Below, in pieces: positions 9,637 to 19,166 of a stretch of 64,000 nucleotides of DNA. Position numbers and translations under genes: made by a program. Numbering within the stretch: position 1 is the first letter of the stretch; the number at the start of each line of letters is the position of its first letter. The stretch spans positions 352,001 through 416,000 of the forward strand of contig OZ244160.1 in the NCBI GenBank assembly GCA_965216325.1, written 5' to 3'. The notes below the pieces were generated by a model. That model was not told where the DNA came from. It did not search any database and saw only the letters and a program-made list of their open reading frames with translations. The stretch comes from Coraliomargarita sp. GTDB lineage: Bacteria; Verrucomicrobiota; Verrucomicrobiia; Opitutales; Coraliomargaritaceae.

Positions 9637-10831
9637 GGGGCGGAAGCCTTGCTGCAGATCAACCGTGAGTTCATTGTCTGGGCGATGGATCGCATTGTGC
9701 CCGGGCGGCTCTTGCATGGTGGAGAACTCGAGTGGTTTTTCGACGACACGCAATTGGAGGTGACTGGCAAGTGCTTCGAATCAGCGGTGATCAACTACGA
9801 GGGCAATACGACTTTGTCCTGCAGACGCTGTGGGTTGGGCCGTTTCTGGCCTGCGGTTGGCTGGGCAAAGGCAGTCGCGATTGCAGCGAACTTTTGCCCG
9901 AACAGTTGGAGCAATGCGAAGCCCTGCTTGGCAGCTACAAGAGTTACCTGTATGCAGACAGTGGGTCCAGTGCCGGGGTCTATCTCAACAAACTGGGCGA
10001 AACAGTGGATCGTTTCAGCGTCAGTTACAACAAGTGGACTGAAGGACCGGAGCGCTGCGCCAAAGAGTTGCCGGAGTCGGCGTGGAGCGACGAGCAGATC
10101 GTGCGTTGGCGCGATGGCAAAGAACACCGTGCCCAGCACGCTTGGCTGCGCTATCAGCCGGAGGGCTGCGAGCAGCCACAGCTCTTTGCGGTGACGCGTC
10201 ACCAACTGGCCGATGAGGAACTGTTCGGGCGCTATGCCTTCATCTGCTGTGAGTCGGGGCGTGAGGGGCGCGCCGATATGGCCGTGGAGCGGCACAAGCT
10301 CAAAGGCGACCGGGAGCGCCAGTTCTCACAAGTGCTCACCGACATGGATTTGCACCATCCCCCATGCAAGAGTCTGGCAGCCAATCAGGTCTTCTATGCA
10401 ATCGGCGCGCTCGCGCACAACCTGCTCCAAGCGATCAAACTGATTCACCTGCCCGACCACGAGCAGCCCATACGTATCCGCACCCTGCTGCATGTGCTCA
10501 TGCTCATCCCTGTAACCTTCAAGCGCCATGCCCGTCAGCTCAAAGCAGTGTGCTGTGTGAACAGCCGTTGGCTGCCATGGTGGCGCAAGTTTGCCCACGA
10601 ACTAGACGCACTCTCGGCGCTCTACAAGTTGCGCCCCTCGCCAGGCTGATGCCGATCAAATTGCCCCGATACCCCTACGCGGACGCTGAGCCGCTCGCAC
10701 TACCAATCCGCCCGAATCCCGTAACCCGAAGCAGGTATCACGATCCGAACTACCCGTTCGGATGCGCCAGCTTGCGCGAAACGAACAAAACACTCTACAC
10801 AGAGAAAACTTTTACACTGCTAAGGATCGGG
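9637..10831 (+). mobile_element. IS1380-family remnant (5'-truncated, frameshifted transposase)
   Basis: FFDDTQLEVTGK...INYEG, frameshift near 9820, then YLYADSGS, HKLKGDRERQF, AANQVF...LAHNL; putative end ...AAGGATCGGG. Confidence 0.8.
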
Positions 10832-10844
10832 GCGTATTTTTCCC

Positions 10845-13541
10845 TCATTGCTTTAAGATTTTGATATAATCAATATTCATACAGTATACCGAAGCAGATT
10901 CCGCTTTTAGTTCTACCTTGTTCACACCAGCTTTTAGCGTAATTGACTCTGAATGATCTTCCCACTTGCCCCAATCTCCGGTGCGTTTACAGTGAAGCGT
11001 TTTTATCTTTTCACCATTTATGTGGAGAGCGACAGATTTACTATCCCCACTGCCAGACGCATATCTCAGAGTCATAGTATGGGTGCCAGCCTTTGATGCC
11101 TTAACAGTAAAGGTCATATTTCCCCGGGTCGTGTTGTAAAAACCCTCGACAAAACCTGTTCCGGAGTAACCAGCGTGATTGTTAGCAGTGCTACATTCAT
11201 CCAATTTTGCATATTCAGCCTCATAAACACCGCTTTTTTCAGCCCTTTCTATTTCTATCAGAGAGACATCGATGTACTGACCTCCGCCTGCGTTCTGGCA
11301 ATGAACAGCCAAGGTGTTTTGGCCCTTTTTGAGCGCCGCCTGGGCTTCGGGCGAGATTTTAACAACCTTGTATTCAGTCGTATAACCAACAAGCTTTGCG
11401 GCCTGTACACCATTGATATAGACAGTTGCGTCCTCATCCCAAAACGCATCGAGCATAAGTGATCCCTCTCCCGGATCAAAGCTGAAAGAACTCCTTATCC
11501 AGATGTTTGGCGTGGTCCACTCGGTTTTGATGAAAGTACCTGGAGTATTTCTACTCCCGATTCCGGCAGGACCCTCAGTCCAGTTGTTTGCTGTGAACTC
11601 AGGATTCATCCAATTTTTAGCCGGCTTCGTTGTCGTATAGCGCACGGGAACTTTGTTGGCTTTGGCGCGTTTGATGACGTACTTGCGAGGCACCACTTTT
11701 TTATAGAGCGGCGCGTGAATTTCCTTCAGGGTTTCGGCCGGAATCTTGATGACCTTGCGGTCATAACTCATCAGGCCGTTGATCTCCAGTTCAACATCAG
11801 ATGTTTGTGTATAGATCCCACCGGCAACACCGCTGCGTTTGAGGTCGAGTAGACGCCTGGCCGACTCTTTATATCGGTCAAGAAGTTCGTTCAGACTTTT
11901 AGGCACCGAGCCGTAGCTGTATGGTCTTCCTTTTGAAGTCCAACGGTTTTCTTTTGGCACAAAAAAGCCGTGTCCGCCATATTCACCGACAACCTTAATG
12001 TAATCATCGAAGCGGGGATCTTCGGTAGGGAATTTAGGATGAGGATACTGGTGATGATCGGCCACATCGCCGACAGGCCAGAAGTTTCCTCCGCTTGCAC
12101 CATTCACCAGACGGCTGGGATCATAATCGACAGTCCATTGGACCACCTTCATCGTCCTGTGCTGCGCCCATCCTTCATTGAACGGGACCCAGGACACGAT
12201 GCTCGGGTAATTGTATAAATAGTCGATCATTTCCTTGAGTTCATACATAAACTGTTGGTGAGCAGCTTCCGGCCAGTTGGGCTCGGTTGGATTCGGTTCC
12301 AAATGGGAATTCCACTTGGCATGAGGTGATCCCGAGACCTGATCCTGCCAGACCATCATGCCGACCTTGTCGCAGTGGGCGTAATAACGGCGCGGACGGA
12401 CCTTGATGTGATTGCGAATACAGTTGAATCCGGCCGCCTTGAGGTAATCGATATCGAAACGCATAGCCTCGTCTGACGCAGGGGTCAACAGCCCATCGGG
12501 AAACCAGCCCTGATCCAAAGGCCCGAGGTGGAAAATTTCCTTTCCGTTGAGGGTAAAGCGCCAGTTGCCAGCCTCGTCCTGCATCTTGCCAACGGTGCGC
12601 AGTCCCGTGTATGACTCAACGGTATCAACGGAGTCCTTACCAGAAAGAAGTTCAACCTTTAGCTCATACAGGTGCGGGGTGTCCGGTGTCCACAGCTTAG
12701 CGTCTTTGATGGGAAGGACTGTATTTTCAAGAGAGCCCGTGGCCGAGGCCACCTCTTTGCCCTCATAGAATGCCGTCACCTTCACACTGGAGGCTTTAAC
12801 CGCGGCGTCATTAATAAATGTCTTTACCGAGATGGCAGCGGGTGCAATTGTTGTATCAATCTTAATGCGCTTGATGTAGGTCTGCGGTACGGATTCCAAC
12901 CATACAGTCTGCCAGATACCCGATACGCGAGTGTACCATATGCCATGTGGTCTGCGTGACTGCTTACCTAATAGCTGGTATTTTTCGGTTTCGTCGATGA
13001 CCTTAACGGAGATTGTATTCTCGCCTTCGATAGCGGCATCGGTAATGTCAAAGGAGAAGGGGGTGTTGCCGCCCTTGTGGGTTCCAACCAAGGTACCGTT
13101 GACCCAGGCCGTGCACTCATAGTCTACCGCTTCAAAATGCAGGAGATGACGATGGTCCTTTTTCTTTAAATCGAATGTCCGCTGATACCACAGTTCTTCA
13201 CTAGGTTCGAGAAGGCGTTGTACTCCGGAAAGGCTCGACTCAATGCAGAACGGCACCAAGATATCGCCATTCCATTTATCGGGAGCACTGCTACTCGCAT
13301 GCTTAGAGCGCTTTAAGACGGCGTACTGCCATAGTCCGTTAAGATTCTGCCAGTTCTCGCGAACCATCTGCGGACGTGGGTACTCCTGCCAGACATTCTC
13401 CGGCGTCACCGATTCAGCAAATTTCGTTTTGATATTATCACCTGCCGGTTTCCAATCTGTGGTAGTTTCAGCGGCTGATACTTGACCGGCAAAGGCCAGT
13501 GCAGCTACCGCGAAGATGTTTTTTATTTTTTTTGTGATCGT
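10845..13541 (-). CDS. GH2 glycoside hydrolase with C-terminal CBM35-like module; start codon is ACG
   Basis: WQNLNGLW, LHFEAVD, SGIWQTVWLE, WVPFNEGW, GEYGG; tail VYEAEYAKL...GYSGTGFV; frame open up to the shared leader, which begins ACG at 13541. Confidence 0.88.
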   Translation of the reverse strand, partial: TITKKIKNIFAVAALAFAGQVSAAETTTDWKPAGDNIKTKFAESVTPENVWQEYPRPQMVRENWQNLNGLWQYAVLKRSKHASSSAPDKWNGDILVPFCIESSLSGVQRLLEPSEELWYQRTFDLKKKDHRHLLHFEAVDYECTAWVNGTLVGTHKGGNTPFSFDITDAAIEGENTISVKVIDETEKYQLLGKQSRRPHGIWYTRVSGIWQTVWLESVPQTYIKRIKIDTTIAPAAISVKTFINDAAVKASSVKVTAFYEGKEVASATGSLENTVLPIKDAKLWTPDTPHLYELKVELLSGKDSVDTVESYTGLRTVGKMQDEAGNWRFTLNGKEIFHLGPLDQGWFPDGLLTPASDEAMRFDIDYLKAAGFNCIRNHIKVRPRRYYAHCDKVGMMVWQDQVSGSPHAKWNSHLEPNPTEPNWPEAAHQQFMYELKEMIDYLYNYPSIVSWVPFNEGWAQHRTMKVVQWTVDYDPSRLVNGASGGNFWPVGDVADHHQYPHPKFPTEDPRFDDYIKVVGEYGGHGFFVPKENRWTSKGRPYSYGSVPKSLNELLDRYKESARRLLDLKRSGVAGGIYTQTSDVELEINGLMSYDRKVIKIPAETLKEIHAPLYKKVVPRKYVIKRAKANKVPVRYTTTKPAKNWMNPEFTANNWTEGPAGIGSRNTPGTFIKTEWTTPNIWIRSSFSFDPGEGSLMLDAFWDEDATVYINGVQAAKLVGYTTEYKVVKISPEAQAALKKGQNTLAVHCQNAGGGQYIDVSLIEIERAEKSGVYEAEYAKLDECSTANNHAGYSGTGFVEGFYNTTRGNMTFTVKASKAGTHTMTLRYASGSGDSKSVALHINGEKIKTLHCKRTGDWGKWEDHSESITLKAGVNKVELKAESASVYCMNIDYIKILKQ

Positions 13542-15947
13542 GGTGTTTTTCTTTATTAAATGTTTCTTGATTACTTCTACTTACTTTTCAGATGCGGACT
13601 ATTTCTTCCACTCAACTTTCTTATCAAACTGAAACCAATCCAGGTTAAACATGCCGCCCCCTTGTCCGGTAAAGACCAGGTAGAGATCCTGCTTGCCGCT
13701 CAGGCCGCTTACCTCGCAGGACATCTCATCCCAGAAACCCCAGTTTCCAGTAGGTTTCACGCGACAGGAACCGAGCAGTTTGCCGCTTGCGCTACCCAGC
13801 CTCAGCTCAATGGTGCCGCCGTTTTTGTTGCCGCATGCTACCCGAGCCGTAAACGTTTTGATTCCCTCAGGGAACTCCATGCCCTCGAACATAATCCAGT
13901 GACCGTTGTCGATATATCCAAGGTGATGCCCAGAACCTGAGCTTTCTTTTTTCGTGCCGGAATTTCTTGTGTACGCCTCTGCCTGGATACCGGAAAAAGG
14001 CTTTGGTTTATAAACGGGAATGTAGACATTCTCCTCCGGAGAACCCGCATGGTTCAACCATCCTCCTCTTGAATCAGTATAGTCGTTGATCTTGTTCACC
14101 AGCGCATCGTAGCCATCAGGCTTAGATTTAGAGACGAGCGTGTTTTCTATGATATTTGTTGCATTCTTACTGATATCTTTACGCCAACTCCCTGTCGCAT
14201 TCGTCCAGAATATATTATTTGTGAATTTATTCTTCCACGTTCCATGATCCGCATAGATGCAGTGGACTCCCTTAAGACTGGCATTGAGGGCTTTGCCCAC
14301 ATTATACTGCCATAGGGTATCCTGTCCGGCTTCCCAGGTGTAGAGGGCACCGCCATCTCTCATTCTGGTCATCCAGTCTTCCAGAATGTTGTATTCAATA
14401 AGGTTATTGCTGACATGGAGTTTGGCAATCATTGAGGCATGGGTATAGGGACGGTCTTTTTTTAGTTCATCCCAGCGAGCCTGATACATGGCCTGCTTGT
14501 TGCCGTAGGAATCGGTGGTATCCACTTTCTCTTTGTCATTCATCTGGTCGGGTTTCATGCCGACGATAGAAACTGCTGCGTAGGGCATCTCTTTGAACCA
14601 GTTATACCTAACCTTGTTATTATGGCTGCCATATATTTGGACTGGATTGGAATGCATATAATCGAGCCCCATGTGGTGGATGTAGTTTCGTTCAATCAGG
14701 TGACTGTGGTTGAGATCGACATCTCCCGGGCCATAACCGGTAATACTGACTCCGCCTGAATTGTTGTACGCGATCTCATTGCCTGTAATAAATACTCTCT
14801 GCGCATAGTGATCCAGAGCAATTCCCTGTGACCCGGAGTTGGCGATCACACAGCTGTCAATGACAATATCCCGTACACCCTGGAGGAATATCATCGCATC
14901 CGAGCTCTCCCCATTTCGAGTGAGCCATTTCGGGTCGTACTCATGCTCACGAGTAAAATCACTGTACCTGAACACCAGATTGCGCAGTTCCACATGATGC
15001 ACCTGCCGCTTCCACGCCTGCTCCTCTTCATCCCCCTGAAAGCGGACGAGTTCACTCAATGAGGGAGAAAACGTCTTCTTGCCATCCATGGTGCCGTCTG
15101 CAGGCCAGTAATAGATCTTGCCCGCAGCTGAATCCACCACATATTCATTCTCTGAATCCAGAAGTGGAATGGCATTGCGTAAGTTATAGTAGCCTCCGTC
15201 GAGCCACGACCAGCGATTTATAGGGTTATACTGAACGGTTAAATCGCTGTGCAGTCGTGCCGTACTCTTTTCCGGATCGATATCGCTCAACGTACCTATA
15301 ATGTTCCACCACATGGCGGTGGTCATATTGATTTCGGCATCATCGTTCTTGGGGAAGTTCTTAAGCGCTCCGGCGGGAAATCTCAATAGGCGCCCTTTAA
15401 CCGCCTCAGGACTACCAGCTGTCAATTGTGGCCATTTCTTATAATATGTCTCGACTTGAGCCTGAGCGATCTGCTGTCTCACACCGTTCACAAAGAGATA
15501 TTGCGGACGCCAGCCTTTCTCAATGCTGGCCTCGAAAAGCTTACCCTTGGCAAGGTCTGGCAGTCCCGCCGGGTAGTCGCTTACTTTCTTCCAGCCGGTG
15601 ACGTATTTCTTGCTGGTGATGCGGGCTGTCTCTTTGGGGTAGGAGCGGTATACCACAGGCTTTCCCTCTTCGCCGGAATCCTGAGGGGTCAGAACAAAGG
15701 TTTCGCTTAGATTGTATTCGCCCTCGCGCAGATAGACCGTGATGCCACCCGCGGGCAGCGGATTCGTCTTGCGGTACGCTCGAATCGCATCGCGCGACTT
15801 GGCAAGGGTCAGGAATGGCTTGGCTTCGGTGCCTGGATTTGTGTCTTTTCCGTCCAGGGCGACGTAGAACGTTTCCGCCGCTGACAACTGGCCGGCAAAG
15901 GCCAGTGCAGCTACCGTGATCATGGTTTTTATTTTTTGGGTGATCAT
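11259..15947 (-). repeat. About 4.7-kb duplicated block, copy A (GH2 core + beta-helix/CBM6)
   Basis: Aligns to 21258-25937 at offset 9999, shifting to 9990 past a 9-bp indel. Confidence 0.95.
13599..15947 (-). CDS. Right-handed beta-helix protein (GH141-like) with C-terminal CBM6
   Basis: FYVALDGKDTNPGT..PF.TL..SRDAIR N-terminus, beta-helix repeats, DGGALYT; CBM6 IQAEAY...GYIDNGHW...FNLDWF. Confidence 0.8.
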   Translation of the reverse strand: MITQKIKTMITVAALAFAGQLSAAETFYVALDGKDTNPGTEAKPFLTLAKSRDAIRAYRKTNPLPAGGITVYLREGEYNLSETFVLTPQDSGEEGKPVVYRSYPKETARITSKKYVTGWKKVSDYPAGLPDLAKGKLFEASIEKGWRPQYLFVNGVRQQIAQAQVETYYKKWPQLTAGSPEAVKGRLLRFPAGALKNFPKNDDAEINMTTAMWWNIIGTLSDIDPEKSTARLHSDLTVQYNPINRWSWLDGGYYNLRNAIPLLDSENEYVVDSAAGKIYYWPADGTMDGKKTFSPSLSELVRFQGDEEEQAWKRQVHHVELRNLVFRYSDFTREHEYDPKWLTRNGESSDAMIFLQGVRDIVIDSCVIANSGSQGIALDHYAQRVFITGNEIAYNNSGGVSITGYGPGDVDLNHSHLIERNYIHHMGLDYMHSNPVQIYGSHNNKVRYNWFKEMPYAAVSIVGMKPDQMNDKEKVDTTDSYGNKQAMYQARWDELKKDRPYTHASMIAKLHVSNNLIEYNILEDWMTRMRDGGALYTWEAGQDTLWQYNVGKALNASLKGVHCIYADHGTWKNKFTNNIFWTNATGSWRKDISKNATNIIENTLVSKSKPDGYDALVNKINDYTDSRGGWLNHAGSPEENVYIPVYKPKPFSGIQAEAYTRNSGTKKESSGSGHHLGYIDNGHWIMFEGMEFPEGIKTFTARVACGNKNGGTIELRLGSASGKLLGSCRVKPTGNWGFWDEMSCEVSGLSGKQDLYLVFTGQGGGMFNLDWFQFDKKVEWKK

Positions 15948-15986
15948 GCTATATCCTTTTATTATTTTTCTCGAACGCTACTGAAA

Positions 15987-17801
15987 TCATTTCACTTCCA
16001 ACTTTAGCAGTTTGCCTTTGAATTTTTCTTTAGGCGATTTGGGGTCTACCGGATTCCTATGATCGAAGCCGACGCTTAGGTCTCCGAGAGGCCACTTGCT
16101 TATCCAATGACCGCCAGATTGAGAGCTCACGGCCTCGCTGTCTCCAACCTGCACAAACAGGTGCCCTTTATCATCCATACCCGCCGCAAAGCTGAATTTC
16201 CCTGCTGGTGCGGAGGTGCTGACGCGTTCAAGGTGGTTCATACCTGTTGATACGGCAAACACCAGTTCGCCGCCGTTGAGATAGAGAGAGTAGCCGACTG
16301 CGGTTCCACCGTGCGCCAGCACAACCTGCTTGGCATCTGCAGGGACTTCCATCTCACCGCTGATTTTAAACGCTTTTTTCACCATGGCTGGTGCGCTCTT
16401 TGATGCATAAACGTCACCCACCTTGACCTTTGACCAGTCGAGTTTTGCGGCAACTTTTTCTTTGCTGCCACCAGCTATCGTTTTTCGGAGTTCATCAATG
16501 ACTGACTTTAATTTGCTTAATTCAGTTTGTTCACGCTCCATGAGTGAATCATAATTAAGATTTTTCTTTTCAAAATGACCCGTGAATTTCTGATAGGTGT
16601 ATTTATTATTCTTGTTCAAAACACCGTAGTCGACATTACGAGCCCAGGTTTCACCTCTATACCAGACGTATACATGCTCCTTAACGCGCTCACCTTTTCC
16701 GGATAGTACGGGCCACAAACTTACCCCATCTCCCGGATAATTCTCGGGCAGTGGAGCTCCGGACACTTCACAAAGAGTCGGCATGATATCGGAGAACTCA
16801 ACCAGTTCTTTGGATTCAAGTTTCGGAGAAATGACACCCGGCCAGTTAACCACTAGTGGAACGCGCGTCCCCGTTTCTGCAACTTTACCTTTGCCTCCTT
16901 TGATCTCACGCCCGGACCACTTGGTCTTGATTGGCGCGTCGGTTCCGTTATCGCCTGTAAAGATCACCATGGTGTTGTCGCGAATACCAAGTTCATCGAG
17001 TTTGGCCACGATCTTCCCAACCACCTTGTCCACATGCTGCACCATGTCTCTAAAGTGTTTCTTCTGGAGGTCATAGCCGCCCGGCCCCTTGTAGGTTTTT
17101 GATCCAGGCGATTTGGGATCCCAGTCATCGGAATCGGGTGTGGCATCAAAAGGGCAATGGGGCAGGACCATCGGGTAATAAGCAAGGAAAGGTTTATCCT
17201 TGTTTGTCTCGATAAAATCGCAGATGAAGTCTGACATCACATCCGGGCCGTATTCGCCCTTGTTGTAATCTACCGGTTTACCGTTAATCTCAAGGTGCGG
17301 GTTGGGATAACGGGAGTCAAACTGGGTTCCCTTTTTTTCTCTGGGACGTGTATGTTGCCAGAGGCAGGCCTGGTCAAAACCGAAGTGCTGAGCTGCGTCC
17401 GGTTGTCTACCCAGTTGCCATTTCCCGGCAATGACCGTCGCATATCCGGCCTTCTTCAGTTGATGGGCAAAGGTTTTCTGTGAGCGGTCAAGTACACCGA
17501 ACGTTTTGTAGTTTCTAACATTGTACTGACCGGTCATGATTTTGACTCGTGACGGCGTACACAGCGGGTTGGCAAAGCACTGCTCAAAGCGAACACCCTC
17601 TGCTGCAAGCTTGTCGATGTGGGGCGTGTTGTAATCTTCACAGCCGTTGGCACTGATACACTCATAGCCCATGTCATCGGCCATGATCAAGATGATGTTT
17701 GGTTTCGAGTTTTCTGCTCCAGCTAATATACTCATAGAGCAAGCAAATAGAACTACCATCTGCCTTACTATCTTGTGAGTGTTACTTATCTTTGTAGTCA
17801 T
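15987..17801 (-). CDS. S1 sulfatase with C-terminal LamG/concanavalin-like module
   Basis: PNIILIMADDMG, CTPSR, GKWQLG, GDNG; translationally coupled (TAATG) to the upstream gene. Confidence 0.92.
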   Translation of the reverse strand: MTTKISNTHKIVRQMVVLFACSMSILAGAENSKPNIILIMADDMGYECISANGCEDYNTPHIDKLAAEGVRFEQCFANPLCTPSRVKIMTGQYNVRNYKTFGVLDRSQKTFAHQLKKAGYATVIAGKWQLGRQPDAAQHFGFDQACLWQHTRPREKKGTQFDSRYPNPHLEINGKPVDYNKGEYGPDVMSDFICDFIETNKDKPFLAYYPMVLPHCPFDATPDSDDWDPKSPGSKTYKGPGGYDLQKKHFRDMVQHVDKVVGKIVAKLDELGIRDNTMVIFTGDNGTDAPIKTKWSGREIKGGKGKVAETGTRVPLVVNWPGVISPKLESKELVEFSDIMPTLCEVSGAPLPENYPGDGVSLWPVLSGKGERVKEHVYVWYRGETWARNVDYGVLNKNNKYTYQKFTGHFEKKNLNYDSLMEREQTELSKLKSVIDELRKTIAGGSKEKVAAKLDWSKVKVGDVYASKSAPAMVKKAFKISGEMEVPADAKQVVLAHGGTAVGYSLYLNGGELVFAVSTGMNHLERVSTSAPAGKFSFAAGMDDKGHLFVQVGDSEAVSSQSGGHWISKWPLGDLSVGFDHRNPVDPKSPKEKFKGKLLKLEVK

Positions 17802-19126
17802 TATTTATTCTTACCAGATTGGCCGTTGTCGGCCTGTTGTTTCATCCAGACCGCGAGCTGCTCGCGCATCTCCTTGAGAACTTGTTCGTACTCTGGATTA
17901 TGAACTAAGTTATTCTGTTCGTAAGGATCTTTATCAATGGCAAACAGCATCTCTTTCGGGGGAGTGATTATATCGTCCATAGTACTCTTTGCCTTAGAGT
18001 CTGTTTCCGCCAGTGCGTGCCACGACGCTAAGGTTTCTTTGGGACCTGTCTTGCCCCAGGCTTTGCAGGAAAACTTTGCTCCGGGCTTTGTGTTCAAAAT
18101 GTATTTGTACTTTTTCGAACGCACACTGCGTAGAGGAACTCCGGGGTTGGTCTGAATGCCGTAGGTCCATTGTGCGTGCTCCTTCTTCGTGCCCTTAAGC
18201 ACATCGGCAAAACTGAAACCGTCAAAACCACGTCCGCCGTCGGCTGCACCATCCCGTCCCGTATCGATAACCTTTGGATCTCCGCCAGCAAGCTCGACCA
18301 GGGTCGGTACCACATCCACATAGCGCACCATAGCATCGGTAACCGTTCCGGCTTGAACCTGTCCGGGCCAGCGGGCAATCAATGCCGTGCGCAGTCCCAT
18401 ATCGTAACAAGTCCATTTTGCGCGAGGAAAGGCGGAGCCCTGCTCACTGGTAAATAGAACGAGCGTATCCTGATCCTTATTCGTCGCTTTAAGGGTATCG
18501 AGAAGTCCCTTAACCTGCTTGTCCAGGGCAGAGATCTCCTTGTAATACATACTTAGTGCAGTACGGGTCTCTGGTGTATCCAACAGGTAGGGCGGTATCG
18601 TAAAGCTCGCGGGGTCATAGGAAATATTCTTTCCCTCAGTCCAGGGTAAATGCGGATTGTGTGAGCAGAAGATGTAGGCAAACGGTTTCTCTCCTTCACA
18701 AAGTTTCTTGAGAGATGCGTTTTTAAAAGGGAACGATGTCTTTGGCCCGAAGTGTGTCTTTCCCTGCAGCGCTACGGTGTAGCCCAAGGCCTCCAGATGA
18801 TGCACGACGCTCTTGGTTCCCGGGTGGACTTTGGTATGGTTGGCAACGGCTCCGTTGCGTTTAGGGAAAAGACCGGTATAAAGCTGCTGTCGGGTGGGCG
18901 CACACATGGCTGTGGCAGTGAAACAGTGGGTAAAACGCTTCCCTTCCTTCGCCAGAGCATCCAGAGTCGGTGTTTTGACATCTTGATTCCCGTAACAACC
19001 AACATCGGCCCAGCTCATGTCATCGGCAACGATCAATACAATGTTGGGTTTATTACCTGCTGACAACTGACCGGCAAAGGCTAGTGCAACTACCGTGAGC
19101 ATGATTTTTAGTTTTTGGGTGATCAT
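17801..19126 (-). CDS. Secreted S1 sulfatase; shared leader
   Basis: PNIVLIVADD, CAPTR, GKTH, SEQG, AKWTCYD. Confidence 0.92.
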   Translation of the reverse strand: MITQKLKIMLTVVALAFAGQLSAGNKPNIVLIVADDMSWADVGCYGNQDVKTPTLDALAKEGKRFTHCFTATAMCAPTRQQLYTGLFPKRNGAVANHTKVHPGTKSVVHHLEALGYTVALQGKTHFGPKTSFPFKNASLKKLCEGEKPFAYIFCSHNPHLPWTEGKNISYDPASFTIPPYLLDTPETRTALSMYYKEISALDKQVKGLLDTLKATNKDQDTLVLFTSEQGSAFPRAKWTCYDMGLRTALIARWPGQVQAGTVTDAMVRYVDVVPTLVELAGGDPKVIDTGRDGAADGGRGFDGFSFADVLKGTKKEHAQWTYGIQTNPGVPLRSVRSKKYKYILNTKPGAKFSCKAWGKTGPKETLASWHALAETDSKAKSTMDDIITPPKEMLFAIDKDPYEQNNLVHNPEYEQVLKEMREQLAVWMKQQADNGQSGKNK

Positions 19127-19166
19127 GCTATATCCTTTTATTCACTTTTTTCGATCGCTGCTGAAA

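Noticed and set aside
13519..13533. Phase variation through poly-A tracts in the leaders
   Set aside because: Runs are 8 nt or shorter, reflect Lys codons, and all copies are in frame
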